The translations under genes were made by a program, and so were the position numbers. Below, piece after piece: positions 50,179-60,495 of a DNA stretch of 64,000 nt. Under the pieces are notes generated by a model. That model worked only from the letters and a program-made list of their open reading frames with translations, was not told the origin of the DNA and searched no databases. This DNA comes from an uncultured Bdellovibrionales bacterium (GTDB lineage Bacteria; Patescibacteriota; Minisyncoccia; Moranbacterales; UBA1568), in assembly GCA_964543815.1 (NCBI GenBank), contig CAZIZG010000004.1:5438-69437 (forward strand), given 5' to 3'. Within the stretch, counting starts at the first letter, position 1, and every line of letters starts with the position of its first letter.

Positions 50179-52431
50179 TTAAAGTTTTTTGAGGGGCGCT
50201 ACCCCCAGCATCATTTTTTTAACACCAGACCGTTTAAAGGCGATCGTGGCAAGAGTTCCCGAAAGAGACACAATGAGTCCGCCGCCAAACTGCGGATGCT
50301 CAACCATATCACCTGGCCGCACATCCCCTAGAGTAAGTGGCTTTATTTCTTCGTTATTCCCACTGCTTTCAGTTCGTTTCAATGCCTCTTTGAGAGATCC
50401 GACCTTTTTGGTAGCAACGGGAAACGTATGAAATGATTGTCGGAAGTGCCGCTTACCCATCATCCCAGAACGTTTCAGCTCCCGTTCTTCGATAAGATGA
50501 TTCGGTATCTCCGTGAGAAATCGTGACGGTGGGTTGACCTGAGTCGAACCAAAAATGGTGCGCTGTTCGGTATAAAGGAGATAAACACGTTCTTTGGCTC
50601 GGGTAAGGCCAACATACATGAGACGGCGCTCTTCTTCCATCTCTGCTGGTGAAAGAGCACTGCGGGAATGCGGAAAAACGCCCTCTTCCAGACCAAGGAT
50701 GAAAACAACAGGAAATTCCAACCCCTTGGCGCTGTGCACTGTCATCACATGGACAGCATCGCTTTCTCGATGAATTTCATCCGTATCAGAAGAAAGTGCC
50801 ACTTCTTCCAAAAATCGTTCCAGTGCCTGATCAAGAGACGATTCCTGATACTTTTGTGCCACCGAAAGAAGCTCTCGGACGTTTTCTTGACGAACTTCTC
50901 CCTCGCTCGTTCCATCAGCCAGGTTTTCAAAATATCCACTTTCCCGGGTCAGGATATCAAGAAGTTCGGGTAATTTCATATCAGTCCGAGCTTCCATCAT
51001 TGATCGTGTCTTGAGGAAAATATCAGCAAACTGCTGGATTGATTTAATCTTTCCGTCCCGAAGCTCACTCTCGCTGTTTAAAGCATAGGCTGCTTCCATT
51101 ACACTCATGTCCCGAGAGCGAGCAAAATCAATCCAACGATTGAGTGTCGCCTGACCAATTCCTCTTTTTGGTTCATTGACAATGCGCTCTAAAGCCAGTA
51201 CGTCTTTGGGATTTTGAAATAAACGCACATAGGCAATGACATCCTTTATTTCCTTACGTTGATAAAATTTGAGTCCCCCGACGATACGATAATTAATCGA
51301 GAAGCGCAGAAACATTTCCTCTACCATGCGCGACTGGGCATTCGTTCGATAGAGCACCGCAAAGTTACTCGCCGTTCGTCCCTGTCGCAGTCCTTCTTGA
51401 ATCACTTCTGCGACGAAACGTGCTTCGGCCTCCTCATCCTCGGCCGGACAGAGCGTGATGAGGTCTCCAGCTTTGGTTTCTGTCCAAAGTTTTTTATGCC
51501 GTTGATTCTTATTTTTTTCAATTACTCCATGGGCAGCATCAAGAATAACCTGGGTAGAGCGGTAGTTCTGATCAAGCACAATAACAGCCGCTTCCGGATA
51601 ATCCTTCTCAAAATTCAAAATATTGCGAATATCTGCTTGCCGCCAACCATAGATAGACTGATAATCATCACCGATGACAAAAATATTACCGTGCTTCGAG
51701 GCCAGCTGATGAATAAGGGTGTATTGGAGTGAATTGGTATCTTGATACTCATCTACCATAATGTACTGAAAAAGTGTTTGATACTTCTCGAGAGCATCCG
51801 GGTAATCATGGAAAAGTTTAACGGTAAGACGAATCATGTCGTCAAAATCCAAAGAGTTGGTATTTTTAAGTTCTTTCTGATAGCGCTCGTAGACTTTGGC
51901 GGCCAACTCTTCATAGTAACTCCCTGTCTGAAGCAAATACTGGTCGGGTTCCATTTGTGCATTCTTGGCTCGGGAGATAGCTTCGAGAAGCGAACGAGGC
52001 CGAATCTGGTCCGGGTCCATCTCGAGCTCCTTCATGGCTTTTTTGACTATAGACTGCTGATCCTGATCATCGATAATATTGAAATTACGACCGTACCCCA
52101 ATATCTCAATCTCACGACGCAATATCTTGGCACAAATGTTGTGAAAAGTTCCAATATGAGGTGGCAACACGAGTGCTCCATACTCAGCTGCTTCACTCTC
52201 TTGGAGTAGACGCTCGATACGTTCTCGCATCTCCTGGGCGGCCTTATTAGTAAAAGTAACGGCCAGTATCCGTTCTGGGTTGACCCGTTTCTCCTCAATG
52301 AGATAGGCAATACGATGTGTTAAGGTCTTGGTTTTGCCTGAGCCAGCTCCGGCCAATATCAAAACTGCCCCCTCCGTTTGAAGTACGGCTCGCCGCTGTT
52401 CTGAGTTCAGCCCTTTTTCCCAAAATTTCAT
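50179..52431 (-). CDS. UvrD/PcrA-family ATP-dependent DNA helicase
   Basis: AGAGSGKTKTLTHRIAYLI Walker A. 750 aa. Confidence 0.9.
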   Translation of the reverse strand: MKFWEKGLNSEQRRAVLQTEGAVLILAGAGSGKTKTLTHRIAYLIEEKRVNPERILAVTFTNKAAQEMRERIERLLQESEAAEYGALVLPPHIGTFHNICAKILRREIEILGYGRNFNIIDDQDQQSIVKKAMKELEMDPDQIRPRSLLEAISRAKNAQMEPDQYLLQTGSYYEELAAKVYERYQKELKNTNSLDFDDMIRLTVKLFHDYPDALEKYQTLFQYIMVDEYQDTNSLQYTLIHQLASKHGNIFVIGDDYQSIYGWRQADIRNILNFEKDYPEAAVIVLDQNYRSTQVILDAAHGVIEKNKNQRHKKLWTETKAGDLITLCPAEDEEAEARFVAEVIQEGLRQGRTASNFAVLYRTNAQSRMVEEMFLRFSINYRIVGGLKFYQRKEIKDVIAYVRLFQNPKDVLALERIVNEPKRGIGQATLNRWIDFARSRDMSVMEAAYALNSESELRDGKIKSIQQFADIFLKTRSMMEARTDMKLPELLDILTRESGYFENLADGTSEGEVRQENVRELLSVAQKYQESSLDQALERFLEEVALSSDTDEIHRESDAVHVMTVHSAKGLEFPVVFILGLEEGVFPHSRSALSPAEMEEERRLMYVGLTRAKERVYLLYTEQRTIFGSTQVNPPSRFLTEIPNHLIEERELKRSGMMGKRHFRQSFHTFPVATKKVGSLKEALKRTESSGNNEEIKPLTLGDVRPGDMVEHPQFGGGLIVSLSGTLATIAFKRSGVKKMMLGVAPLKKL

Positions 52432-52503
52432 AGACGTTTCATCATTTTAGCATATTGAGTAACAACCCTCTAGACTCGGAGAAAATGTGTTAGAATACCT
52501 CGT

Positions 52504-54141
52504 ATGAAAGCCTTCTTGCTTAGTTTCATACGTCGTATCGAAGCGTCACCATTGACGTTGGTTTCGTTTACCATTAGTTTCCTCGCTCTCATTCTTGCAC
52601 GACTCACCGTAGAGAGTGCCCTAGGATTTTTTACTGAACGCACTTTCTTTTTTCTCTTCTTTGAACTCACTCATACCCTTCTCTTTTTTCTGTGTTCCTT
52701 TTTGATTATTATCCCCATTGTCCGCTATGCCGGGGCGGATAATCTCAAACAAGCCTGCAATGTACTTCTTTTTGGTTTTCTCATTATTTTGACACCCCCG
52801 ATTATTGATACCTATATTTTTCGTGACAGCACCTTCTGGAGCTTCTATGAATTTGATGGTCTCAACGGATTAATAATTCGCTTCTTTACTCTCTTTGGGG
52901 ATACACCAGATATTGGCATCACCTATGGCGTACGGATTGAAGTAGTTTTTGTGACTCTTGCTTTGTCGCTTTATGCCATTCTCAAGACAAAAAAAATGAC
53001 TCGGGCTTTGGCAGTGGCCTTTCTCACTTACCTTGCCCTCTTTATTCTTGGTACCTTTCCTTCATGGGTTACGCTCTTCACACTCTCATTTGAAAAGGGC
53101 CTCATGGCCATCCGTGATACCGATGTCGCCGCCCTCTTTCTTACTCCGAAGCAGGTTCTGGGTCGAGATTTATCTGATTTTCGCAGCGTTCTCAACTTTA
53201 AAATGAGCCTCGTCTACGGATTACTCTCTAGTTTTTTGGTGTCGCTGTATCTCTGGAAACATCTTCCTCGTCACCTACGGGCTTTAGCCTACAATGCCCG
53301 CGTACCACAACTTTGTTATCATGCTGGACTTCTCTTTTTAGGCATGATTTTGTCAGTTATTTTTTCGAATGGACATATCAGATTTGAACTCTTTGATATT
53401 CTTGGCATTTCACTCTTACTTATTGCTGTCGAATGTGCCTGGATAGCCTCAGTCATCGCTAATGACCTCTATGATACAGTTATTGATTCTGTTACCAATC
53501 CACATCGTCCCCTCATTGAAGCAACCATCCCACCAGAAACGTATCGGTGGTATGGATTCTTTTTCTTTGGCGCCTCACTCCTCCTTGCTGGAATTATCAG
53601 TTTTGGAGCACTCCTTCTCCTTCTTGCCTATCAAGCGCTCGCCTGGCTCTACTCCGCCCCACCACTTCGTCTCAAACAATATCCCGGATTAGCAACACTT
53701 ATTGCGGCCTGTGCCGGCATCCTTATTTTAGTTACGGGGTTTGTTTCAGTTGGGCTCACTCGTGACATCACAGCTCTGCCACTCCCCCTTCTTACCTATC
53801 TTTTTTTTGCCTATTTCCTAGCCATCCCCATTAAGGACTTTAAGGATATCGCTGGAGATAAAAAAGATGGGGTACACACCATCCCAGTTCTCTTAGGAGA
53901 ATCCTTCGGTAAACATGTCATCGGCAGCTGCCTCTTTCTTCTCTTTGCTGGAAGTCCGTTAGTACTTCATGCTCCCTCTCTTTTTCTGCCGGCACTTTTT
54001 TTTGGTAGCCTCGCTTTTCTAGCGCTTGAAAAAGGCACTGCTCAAGAAGTTGATTTTTTTGCCTACCGAAAACTTCCCGGTATTATTCTTGGCATTACGA
54101 CCTTATATGGACTCTGTATTTCCCTGGTTCTTCTAGGCTAA
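52504..54141 (+). CDS. UbiA-family prenyltransferase with a ~270-aa N-terminal multi-TM extension
   Basis: NDLYDTVIDSVTNPHRPL and DFKDIAGDKKDGVHT motifs in the C-terminal half. Confidence 0.65.
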   Translation: MKAFLLSFIRRIEASPLTLVSFTISFLALILARLTVESALGFFTERTFFFLFFELTHTLLFFLCSFLIIIPIVRYAGADNLKQACNVLLFGFLIILTPPIIDTYIFRDSTFWSFYEFDGLNGLIIRFFTLFGDTPDIGITYGVRIEVVFVTLALSLYAILKTKKMTRALAVAFLTYLALFILGTFPSWVTLFTLSFEKGLMAIRDTDVAALFLTPKQVLGRDLSDFRSVLNFKMSLVYGLLSSFLVSLYLWKHLPRHLRALAYNARVPQLCYHAGLLFLGMILSVIFSNGHIRFELFDILGISLLLIAVECAWIASVIANDLYDTVIDSVTNPHRPLIEATIPPETYRWYGFFFFGASLLLAGIISFGALLLLLAYQALAWLYSAPPLRLKQYPGLATLIAACAGILILVTGFVSVGLTRDITALPLPLLTYLFFAYFLAIPIKDFKDIAGDKKDGVHTIPVLLGESFGKHVIGSCLFLLFAGSPLVLHAPSLFLPALFFGSLAFLALEKGTAQEVDFFAYRKLPGIILGITTLYGLCISLVLLG

Positions 54142-54957
54142 ATCCTGTTCCTTTTTATTCCATACATCAACGAGTCGCTCCCAATCATCAACAGAAAGAG
54201 CCTGAGCCCGAATATCTGCTCGTAAACCAGCGGACCGTAGGCACTCTTCAACCAGAGGACGCGAGAGGGAGAAACTCGTCGCAAGGTTGTTAGCTAATGT
54301 CTTCCGACGAGCCGCGAATCCCACCCGAACCAACCGAAAAAATCTGCGATCGTTTTCCAAATTATATACCCTCTTCGGATACAGGGTGATGATGGCGCTG
54401 TCCACATTAGGCACTGGATCAAAAGCGGTCCTAGGAACAAATAGCCTCTTTTCAACCTGAGCATAGTACTGCGCCATAACAGAAAGGAGGCTCATGGCTC
54501 CCGGCTTGGCAGCAAGCCGCTCTGCCACTTCATCCTGCACCATCAGGGTCAGTGAGTGAGGTTGTGTCCGAAGTGAAAGTAACGTCCGAATAATGGGGGC
54601 GGTTATATAATACGGTATATTGGCAATAATTTTGTACGGCTGCACGACAAACCCGGATGATTCTAAAATCTCTTCTATATTGATACGAAGAATGTCCCCC
54701 GCCAAAATGGTTACTCTTTTTGAATCAACAAACTGACTCTGTAGTCGGGCCGCCAGATCTTGGTCAATTTCAATAGCCAGTAATCGCTTCACTCGACTCG
54801 CCAGCTTCATAGTAAGAGCTCCGGTACCGGGACCAATTTCAAAGACCCAGTCAGTTGGGGTTACCTCTGCCACAAAAAAGATTTCATCAATAACTGATTC
54901 GTCTTTGAGAAAATTCTGGCCTAAGTGTTTTTTCGCTACCACTTTTTTCATACGCAC
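54133..54957 (-). CDS. rsmA: 16S rRNA dimethyladenosine transferase RsmA/KsgA
   Basis: HLGQNFL ... EIGPGTGALT. Confidence 0.9.
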   Translation of the reverse strand: MRMKKVVAKKHLGQNFLKDESVIDEIFFVAEVTPTDWVFEIGPGTGALTMKLASRVKRLLAIEIDQDLAARLQSQFVDSKRVTILAGDILRINIEEILESSGFVVQPYKIIANIPYYITAPIIRTLLSLRTQPHSLTLMVQDEVAERLAAKPGAMSLLSVMAQYYAQVEKRLFVPRTAFDPVPNVDSAIITLYPKRVYNLENDRRFFRLVRVGFAARRKTLANNLATSFSLSRPLVEECLRSAGLRADIRAQALSVDDWERLVDVWNKKEQDLA

Positions 54958-54959
54958 TC

Positions 54960-55925
54960 CTAGTTAACAATTTCCTCCATTTTCACAGATATTACTCCGG
55001 CACCCGGAGAGGCAATTTTAGCAAAAGCCACTTTGTCGAGATCAATGATTCGACCAGGCACAAATGGTCCTCGATCATTAATAACTACAATAACACTCTT
55101 TCCATTCTCCAAGTTGGTCACTTTAACATAACTTCCTTTCGGAAGCCAGGGGTTAGCAGCGGCTAATGTCCCCGTAAAAGCGTACCATGACGCTGCACCC
55201 GTATGACTTTTCCCGAGTTTTACAAAAGTGCCCTGAGTAACAATCTCCGGGACTGGCTCCTTTATTCGTTCGCTTCCCACTAATTTTCGATTTACCTCTT
55301 TCCCATCATGAGTACTCACCCGATACGTTAACCGATCTATACCCTTCTCTCCCTTCTGAGTCACTATAGTTTTACGCCAGGAAAGCTCATTATCTTCAAT
55401 TGTTTTCTTTTCAAAAGGAATCGTTTTTTCCATCGCTTGTTCTTCTACAACCACCCGCGTCACAGTAATTTCCTGGCCCTGAAAAGAAAAGTCTTCACGA
55501 TTTGGTTTAACGATATCATCATCATCAAGTGAGATGCCAGCTTCAGTAAGTGCCTCCGCAACAGAAACTCCTAACACTGAGAGCTTTTTTGACCCACCAT
55601 CCATATGAACCGTAACATCATGTACCCGCCTAACTATAATCGTCATCCCAGAAGTCAACCGCGTACGAATATCCGGAAAAACTGTTTCCTGTTCTTTGAG
55701 GGGAAATTTATTTTTATTTAAAAATTCCCCGACAGTACCTTCGGCCACATCATCAAAAATAACGGGAAATCCATTTTCCAGTACCACAATTCTTTTGGGC
55801 ACCCCAGCAAAATAATCAGGCTTTTCTTGAAAGAAAAAGAAGCTCCCACCGGTACTAAGTAGGAGAATCATCATAATTGGCACTATTCTTCGTATTTTCA
55901 ATTTTATCAACCGTTTACGCCACAT
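54960..55925 (-). CDS. Membrane-anchored G5 domain plus RlpA-like double-psi beta-barrel (3D) protein
   Basis: G5-like EKTIPFEKKTIEDNELSWRKTIVTQKGEKG. C-terminal AASWYAFTGTLAAANPWLPKGSYVKVTNLENGKSVIVVINDRGPF. Confidence 0.7.
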   Translation of the reverse strand: MWRKRLIKLKIRRIVPIMMILLLSTGGSFFFFQEKPDYFAGVPKRIVVLENGFPVIFDDVAEGTVGEFLNKNKFPLKEQETVFPDIRTRLTSGMTIIVRRVHDVTVHMDGGSKKLSVLGVSVAEALTEAGISLDDDDIVKPNREDFSFQGQEITVTRVVVEEQAMEKTIPFEKKTIEDNELSWRKTIVTQKGEKGIDRLTYRVSTHDGKEVNRKLVGSERIKEPVPEIVTQGTFVKLGKSHTGAASWYAFTGTLAAANPWLPKGSYVKVTNLENGKSVIVVINDRGPFVPGRIIDLDKVAFAKIASPGAGVISVKMEEIVN

Positions 55926-55930
55926 GATAA

Positions 55931-57499
55931 CTATTCCTTAAAGCGATATTGGAGCGCCTCAGCAATGTGTGATATACGTATGTCCTGCGCGCCCTCCAAA
56001 TCAGCAATGGTACGGGCTACTTTGAGTATCCGCATATACCCACGTGCAGACAAACGAAGCCTACTGACAGCTTCTCGTAGCATGGTTCGTGAGGCCTCAT
56101 CAAGAACACAGACGTCCTTAACCACCTGACTCCCCATCTCAGCATTGGTATAAAATTTTTTTTCTGCAAATCGCTCTTTTTGCCTTGCTCGCGCCTGTTC
56201 CACCCGAGTCCGGATAACCCGACTTGATTCACCTAATACTCCCCCTTGATCCAATTTTTCAATCTTAAGGCGAGGCACTTCAACATGAAGATCAATCCGA
56301 TCCATAATTGGCCCCGAAATCTTGAGTCGATAACGATTTGCTTGGGAAGGAGCACAAGCGCAAACCCGCTCCGGATCACCAGCATATCCACACGGACACG
56401 GATTCATCGCTGCTACCAACATAAACCGTGCTGGGAAACGAAGCGACCCCTTGGCCCGAGATACCGTTACCTGCCCATCCTCAAGCGGCTGACGTAAATT
56501 TTCCAAAACTGCCCGCGAAAATTCCGCAAACTCATCAAGGAAAAGAACTCCTCGATGAGCCAAACTGATCTCACCAGGGCGAGGATAAGTTCCACCACCA
56601 ACCAATGAAACAGCACTTGCTGTGTGGTGTGGTGCTCGAAATGGACGCTTCGTTACCAACACATCTCCACGAGAGAGTTTTCCAGCAACGGAAAAAATCT
56701 TTGTTACTTCAAGACTCTCCGCGAAATCAAGCTTGGGTAAAATAGTAGGCAGCGTCTGAGCGAGTAACGTCTTACCACTTCCGGGAGGGCCAACAAAGAG
56801 GATATTGTGTCCACCAGCGGCAGCAATCTCGAGGGCGCGCTTGGCATGCTCCTGCCCCCGTACGTAGGCCATATCTGTTTCCTCTTCCAAGTTCTCGGTA
56901 TCGTCTGGTTGATACACAAAGGGCGTAATGGACGTCTCGCCCCGTAAGTGTCCAATAAGCCGAAAGAGATTTGAAACGGGAAACACCGTAATGCCAGTCA
57001 CGAGCGCCGCCTCTTTAGCATTTTCTTCTGGGACATAAATCTCGGTAAATCCTGATTCCTGCGCAAAAAGAGTAATCGGTAATACCCCCTGAATACGCCT
57101 CACCATACCATCAAGTGCTAATTCACCAACAAACAACTTCTTTTCAACCGAGAATGAGAGCTGCTTTGTAGCCAAGAGAAAACCAAGCGCCATGGGCAGA
57201 TCGTAGATGGGAGTATTTTTTGGTAAATCAGCTGGAGCCAAATTGACCGTAATCCGCCCACTTTGGTGCGGCGGCTTAAACCCGCTATTCTTCAATGCAG
57301 CACTTACCCGATCACGTGATTCTTTGATGGCTGTATCGGGTAAACCGACCAAAGTGAACGCATGGAGACCCTGAGGCAACACATCCACTTCAACTTCGAC
57401 GAGGACGCTTTCAAGACCAACGGTGGCGGCAGAATAAACTTTTGCGGACATACATCCGGCCATTACGAGGGATTTCAGATTTTTCGTATCCCCCTCCAT
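55931..57499 (-). CDS. comM: YifB/ComM Mg-chelatase-like AAA+ ATPase
   Basis: ILFVGPPGSGKTLLAQTLP, GVLFLDEFAEF. The true start is probably near 57451. Confidence 0.9.
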   Translation of the reverse strand: MEGDTKNLKSLVMAGCMSAKVYSAATVGLESVLVEVEVDVLPQGLHAFTLVGLPDTAIKESRDRVSAALKNSGFKPPHQSGRITVNLAPADLPKNTPIYDLPMALGFLLATKQLSFSVEKKLFVGELALDGMVRRIQGVLPITLFAQESGFTEIYVPEENAKEAALVTGITVFPVSNLFRLIGHLRGETSITPFVYQPDDTENLEEETDMAYVRGQEHAKRALEIAAAGGHNILFVGPPGSGKTLLAQTLPTILPKLDFAESLEVTKIFSVAGKLSRGDVLVTKRPFRAPHHTASAVSLVGGGTYPRPGEISLAHRGVLFLDEFAEFSRAVLENLRQPLEDGQVTVSRAKGSLRFPARFMLVAAMNPCPCGYAGDPERVCACAPSQANRYRLKISGPIMDRIDLHVEVPRLKIEKLDQGGVLGESSRVIRTRVEQARARQKERFAEKKFYTNAEMGSQVVKDVCVLDEASRTMLREAVSRLRLSARGYMRILKVARTIADLEGAQDIRISHIAEALQYRFKE

Positions 57500-57996
57500 C
57501 CTAAAAATACCACACTTACGGTCAAGAGAACATCAGCTACATTAAAAGAAGGAAAGGGCCCAAAAGAGAGGTAGTCAAAGATGCATCCAAAAGAGAGACG
57601 TTCCACAAAATTACCCCCCCCTGCAGCAAGAAGCAAAAGCCAAAAAAAACTACTCATCATATCAGTTTCTTGCCACCAGCAAACCAGAAAAAAGCTGCTC
57701 GCCATAAGAAATCCCACTGTGAGGAGAGAAAAGGGGAGAGGCCAGCCAAAGGGACCGGCTTCATTACAGATTCCTACCAATGAAAAAGCACTCCTGGCAA
57801 AGAATGCTATGCCCTGGAGCGACAAAATAAAAGAGGCCACGTATACTGACCCAAAAAGGACCTTCCGTAGCCTCATACAGATTAAATTAGAGTGCGGTAC
57901 GAGCCGCTGGATACACACTGAGACGATCGAATGAAATAGCTTCACCAGTCGTTTCACAGACACCATAGGTGCCAGCTTCCATTTTTGCAAGAGCAT
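57475..57996 (-). CDS. lspA: Lipoprotein signal peptidase II
   Basis: GGGNFVERLSFG ... FPSFNVADVLLTV. The real start is likely the internal Met near 57876; this avoids overlap with the dksA-like gene. Confidence 0.75.
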   Translation of the reverse strand: MLLQKWKLAPMVSVKRLVKLFHSIVSVCIQRLVPHSNLICMRLRKVLFGSVYVASFILSLQGIAFFARSAFSLVGICNEAGPFGWPLPFSLLTVGFLMASSFFLVCWWQETDMMSSFFWLLLLAAGGGNFVERLSFGCIFDYLSFGPFPSFNVADVLLTVSVVFLGWRGIRKI

Positions 57997-58228
57997 CTAT
58001 CACATCTTTGAGTTGCCCCTCCAGGTTCTGTTCCAAGCCAAGGTTATCCACGTATTCTTCAACTTCAGAGGCATTTTCATCTGGATCTGTGCCCATATCT
58101 TCAATTCGAGTCTCGTAGTTTCCCGAACCCTGAGCATCAGCAAAACGAGAAAGTTCACTCTCCAAACGAACTTTTTCCTCCAGGAGCTTCTCTTTCAGCT
58201 GGGCGAGCATCTCTGTATCAAGTGCCAT
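57887..58228 (-). CDS. DksA/TraR-family protein with a degenerate zinc finger
   Basis: GTYGVCETTGEAISFDRLSVYPAARTAL matches the family C-terminal pattern but has a single Cys. Confidence 0.6.
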   Translation of the reverse strand: MALDTEMLAQLKEKLLEEKVRLESELSRFADAQGSGNYETRIEDMGTDPDENASEVEEYVDNLGLEQNLEGQLKDVIDALAKMEAGTYGVCETTGEAISFDRLSVYPAARTAL

Positions 58229-58290
58229 AGTGTTTCATTTCAAAAGTTACCCTACTTACTTACTCATTATAGCAAAGGCAGTAGGTCTGT

Positions 58291-58680
58291 CTAGAAGAAA
58301 ATATGCTCCAAATGCCGAATAGAGGCTTTTTTTAGCTTAACATCGTAGAGGAGAGCAATGGCGTCAAAATGGTATGGGCTTGATTCATACCTATTCTCCC
58401 TTAAATAGCACTGGGCAATCCTATCCAGCTTACGAAGCTTTTCTCGCGTAATATTTACTTCTGGTAAAACATCGCTCGTCCCCTTCTCAAGACGACTCTT
58501 CACCTCAACAAAAATAATCTCTTTCCCTCTTTTAGCTACGATATCAATTTCTCCCAATCGTCGTCCCAGACTGTTGCAATAATTCACAGCCAAAATCTGG
58601 TACCCTTTATCTTTAAGGTAACGACACCCTATTTCTTCGCCCAATACCCCAAGTTCCGAGGTATTATGATAGGTTCCCAT
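58291..58680 (-). CDS. yraN: YraN-family (UPF0102) endonuclease
   Basis: GEIDIVAKRGKEIIFVEVKSR. Confidence 0.85.
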   Translation of the reverse strand: MGTYHNTSELGVLGEEIGCRYLKDKGYQILAVNYCNSLGRRLGEIDIVAKRGKEIIFVEVKSRLEKGTSDVLPEVNITREKLRKLDRIAQCYLRENRYESSPYHFDAIALLYDVKLKKASIRHLEHIFF

Positions 58681-59395
58681 GTCTCAAACATAGGCCAAAA
58701 TATTGAAATTGACAACAAAAAAACACCCTACTGGGAGTCCTAAACGAGAGAATGCGCTATGTTGGTGTCCCGGCGTACTGCCGGCCAAAAAATAAATTCT
58801 TGCCTGTACGCCGGAACGTTGCATGTGCCAACAGATAAGTAGGCTTCTTCGCTCGACGGGTGAGCAGAGCGAGAGCAGTCCATTTCAAATCTGTATTTTG
58901 TGCAGATGCATTATTTCGCGATGATCCTAACGTTTTCATCACTTCTCCCTTCACCGTTCTCTGGCACGAAGCCTTTTGATTTTTTTGAAAGAACTTGTTT
59001 TTCTGTTTCTTTTTGTTTTTCTCCTGCGTGTATTATTTTTCAGGAGTTTTTTGTTTTTGTTTGAGTCTCCGTGTTAGGACGGAGCGGTTGTGGTACATTG
59101 CCACAACTCTTGAACAGTGAAAGAATCCCCTTCACAATTAGGGGGAAATTGTGATTGGGAACTCTTTCACCGTTCATTACGGTTAAAGGAAGCTAGTTGT
59201 CAAAGAAATTTCAACGTCACAAGTCAATTATAGCAGAAAAATAAGGTCGAGTCAATAAAAAACAGATAAGAATCGCACAGGAGAAGCATTTTGTTACTCG
59301 TATTCAAAAATTTTTTCGTCACAAGAAAAAAAATGAGAAAAAAATAAGTAATTTACTTTCTTTTATTACAAAAAATTTGGCTTTTTTAAGCTACG

Positions 59396-60430
59396 TTACT
59401 GCCTCTTATCCAAAATAGCACGCAGTGTATCTTTACTTGTTCCAATAAACCAATTCTTGTCTCTAATGGCATAGTCAAATGAGGTATTTTGAGCAGCATC
59501 AATATTCACAAAACGAACTGGCTGCGTATTGTAGACACCGGAACGGAATGAAGCATCTTTTGGAACATTTAGTGCATCAAAAAATATGTTTCGAAATGCA
59601 TACGGAAGGAATCCATCCTTTGAAAGATACGCTACTCCATCCGTAGTAATAGTTAACCCTAACCCTAGGGTTATTTTTCCCTGGTCATTATAGAGAAAGA
59701 GCGAGAAAGATTCGCCAATGGTAGCCAAAAAATCAGGCTTGAGATCAAGATTCATAAGGTAGGCAAAGCGACTAAACGCCAGCGGATTATTATTCTTATC
59801 GGTCAACAAAAATTCCACTGGAGTACCAATATTTGATTGGTAAATCCGATCTATCGGCTGTTTGAGTACCTCTCGAAAGAGAGCTGGGGTGATTGATTCC
59901 GTATCAAGTGAAAGATAGTTAGGAGAAACAAGGGAGTAAGGTGGATCTTGAGGCTTTTCTGGTGTAATTTGCGGTACCACCTGAACTTCAACCACCGGAG
60001 TCACCACCTCTATTTTTTCAGGTAAACGAAAGAAAAACCACCACACCACACCACTCGTAAACAGTAAAGCAACAACACCAATGCCACCAAAAAGATACCA
60101 CTTCTTGGTCATTTCAGTCTTTTTAGCCTGAGGATTAGCTTCAAAAAGAGGTTTTAGTTCAGGGGCAGCTGGTGGTGTCCAATTCGGCGCCAAGGAGACC
60201 GAAGCCTCAGGAAGTTCTTCGATAGTTGCTGCGCCACTCTCTTCGAGAAATGGGCTGCTACTTCGCTGTGGCAAAGAAGTTTCCGCTTCAGATTTCTTTG
60301 ACACTGACTCGGGTACGTCTAACCGACCCATCGTCGTTACGGCCTGCCGTACTTCCTCAGGAATATCAGAAACGCCTTCGGTTGGTATTTGACCCTTGCG
60401 TGAAAAAAAAGAAGACAGACTCATACACAA
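59396..60430 (-). CDS. Hypothetical single-pass membrane protein
   Basis: 344 aa with a central TM helix (WYLFGGIGVVALLFTSGVVWWFFF). Confidence 0.4.
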   Translation of the reverse strand: MCMSLSSFFSRKGQIPTEGVSDIPEEVRQAVTTMGRLDVPESVSKKSEAETSLPQRSSSPFLEESGAATIEELPEASVSLAPNWTPPAAPELKPLFEANPQAKKTEMTKKWYLFGGIGVVALLFTSGVVWWFFFRLPEKIEVVTPVVEVQVVPQITPEKPQDPPYSLVSPNYLSLDTESITPALFREVLKQPIDRIYQSNIGTPVEFLLTDKNNNPLAFSRFAYLMNLDLKPDFLATIGESFSLFLYNDQGKITLGLGLTITTDGVAYLSKDGFLPYAFRNIFFDALNVPKDASFRSGVYNTQPVRFVNIDAAQNTSFDYAIRDKNWFIGTSKDTLRAILDKRQ

Positions 60431-60495
60431 AAAACATAAGAGAGACGAACTCGTCTCTCTTAGTATACTAGAGATTGAATAATTTCGGTAGACAG

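Noticed and set aside
58757-58954. 65-aa minus-strand ORF in the 0.7 kb gap
   Set aside because: No RBS, low-complexity Arg/Lys-rich product, and it overlaps hairpin-rich sequence. More likely non-coding.
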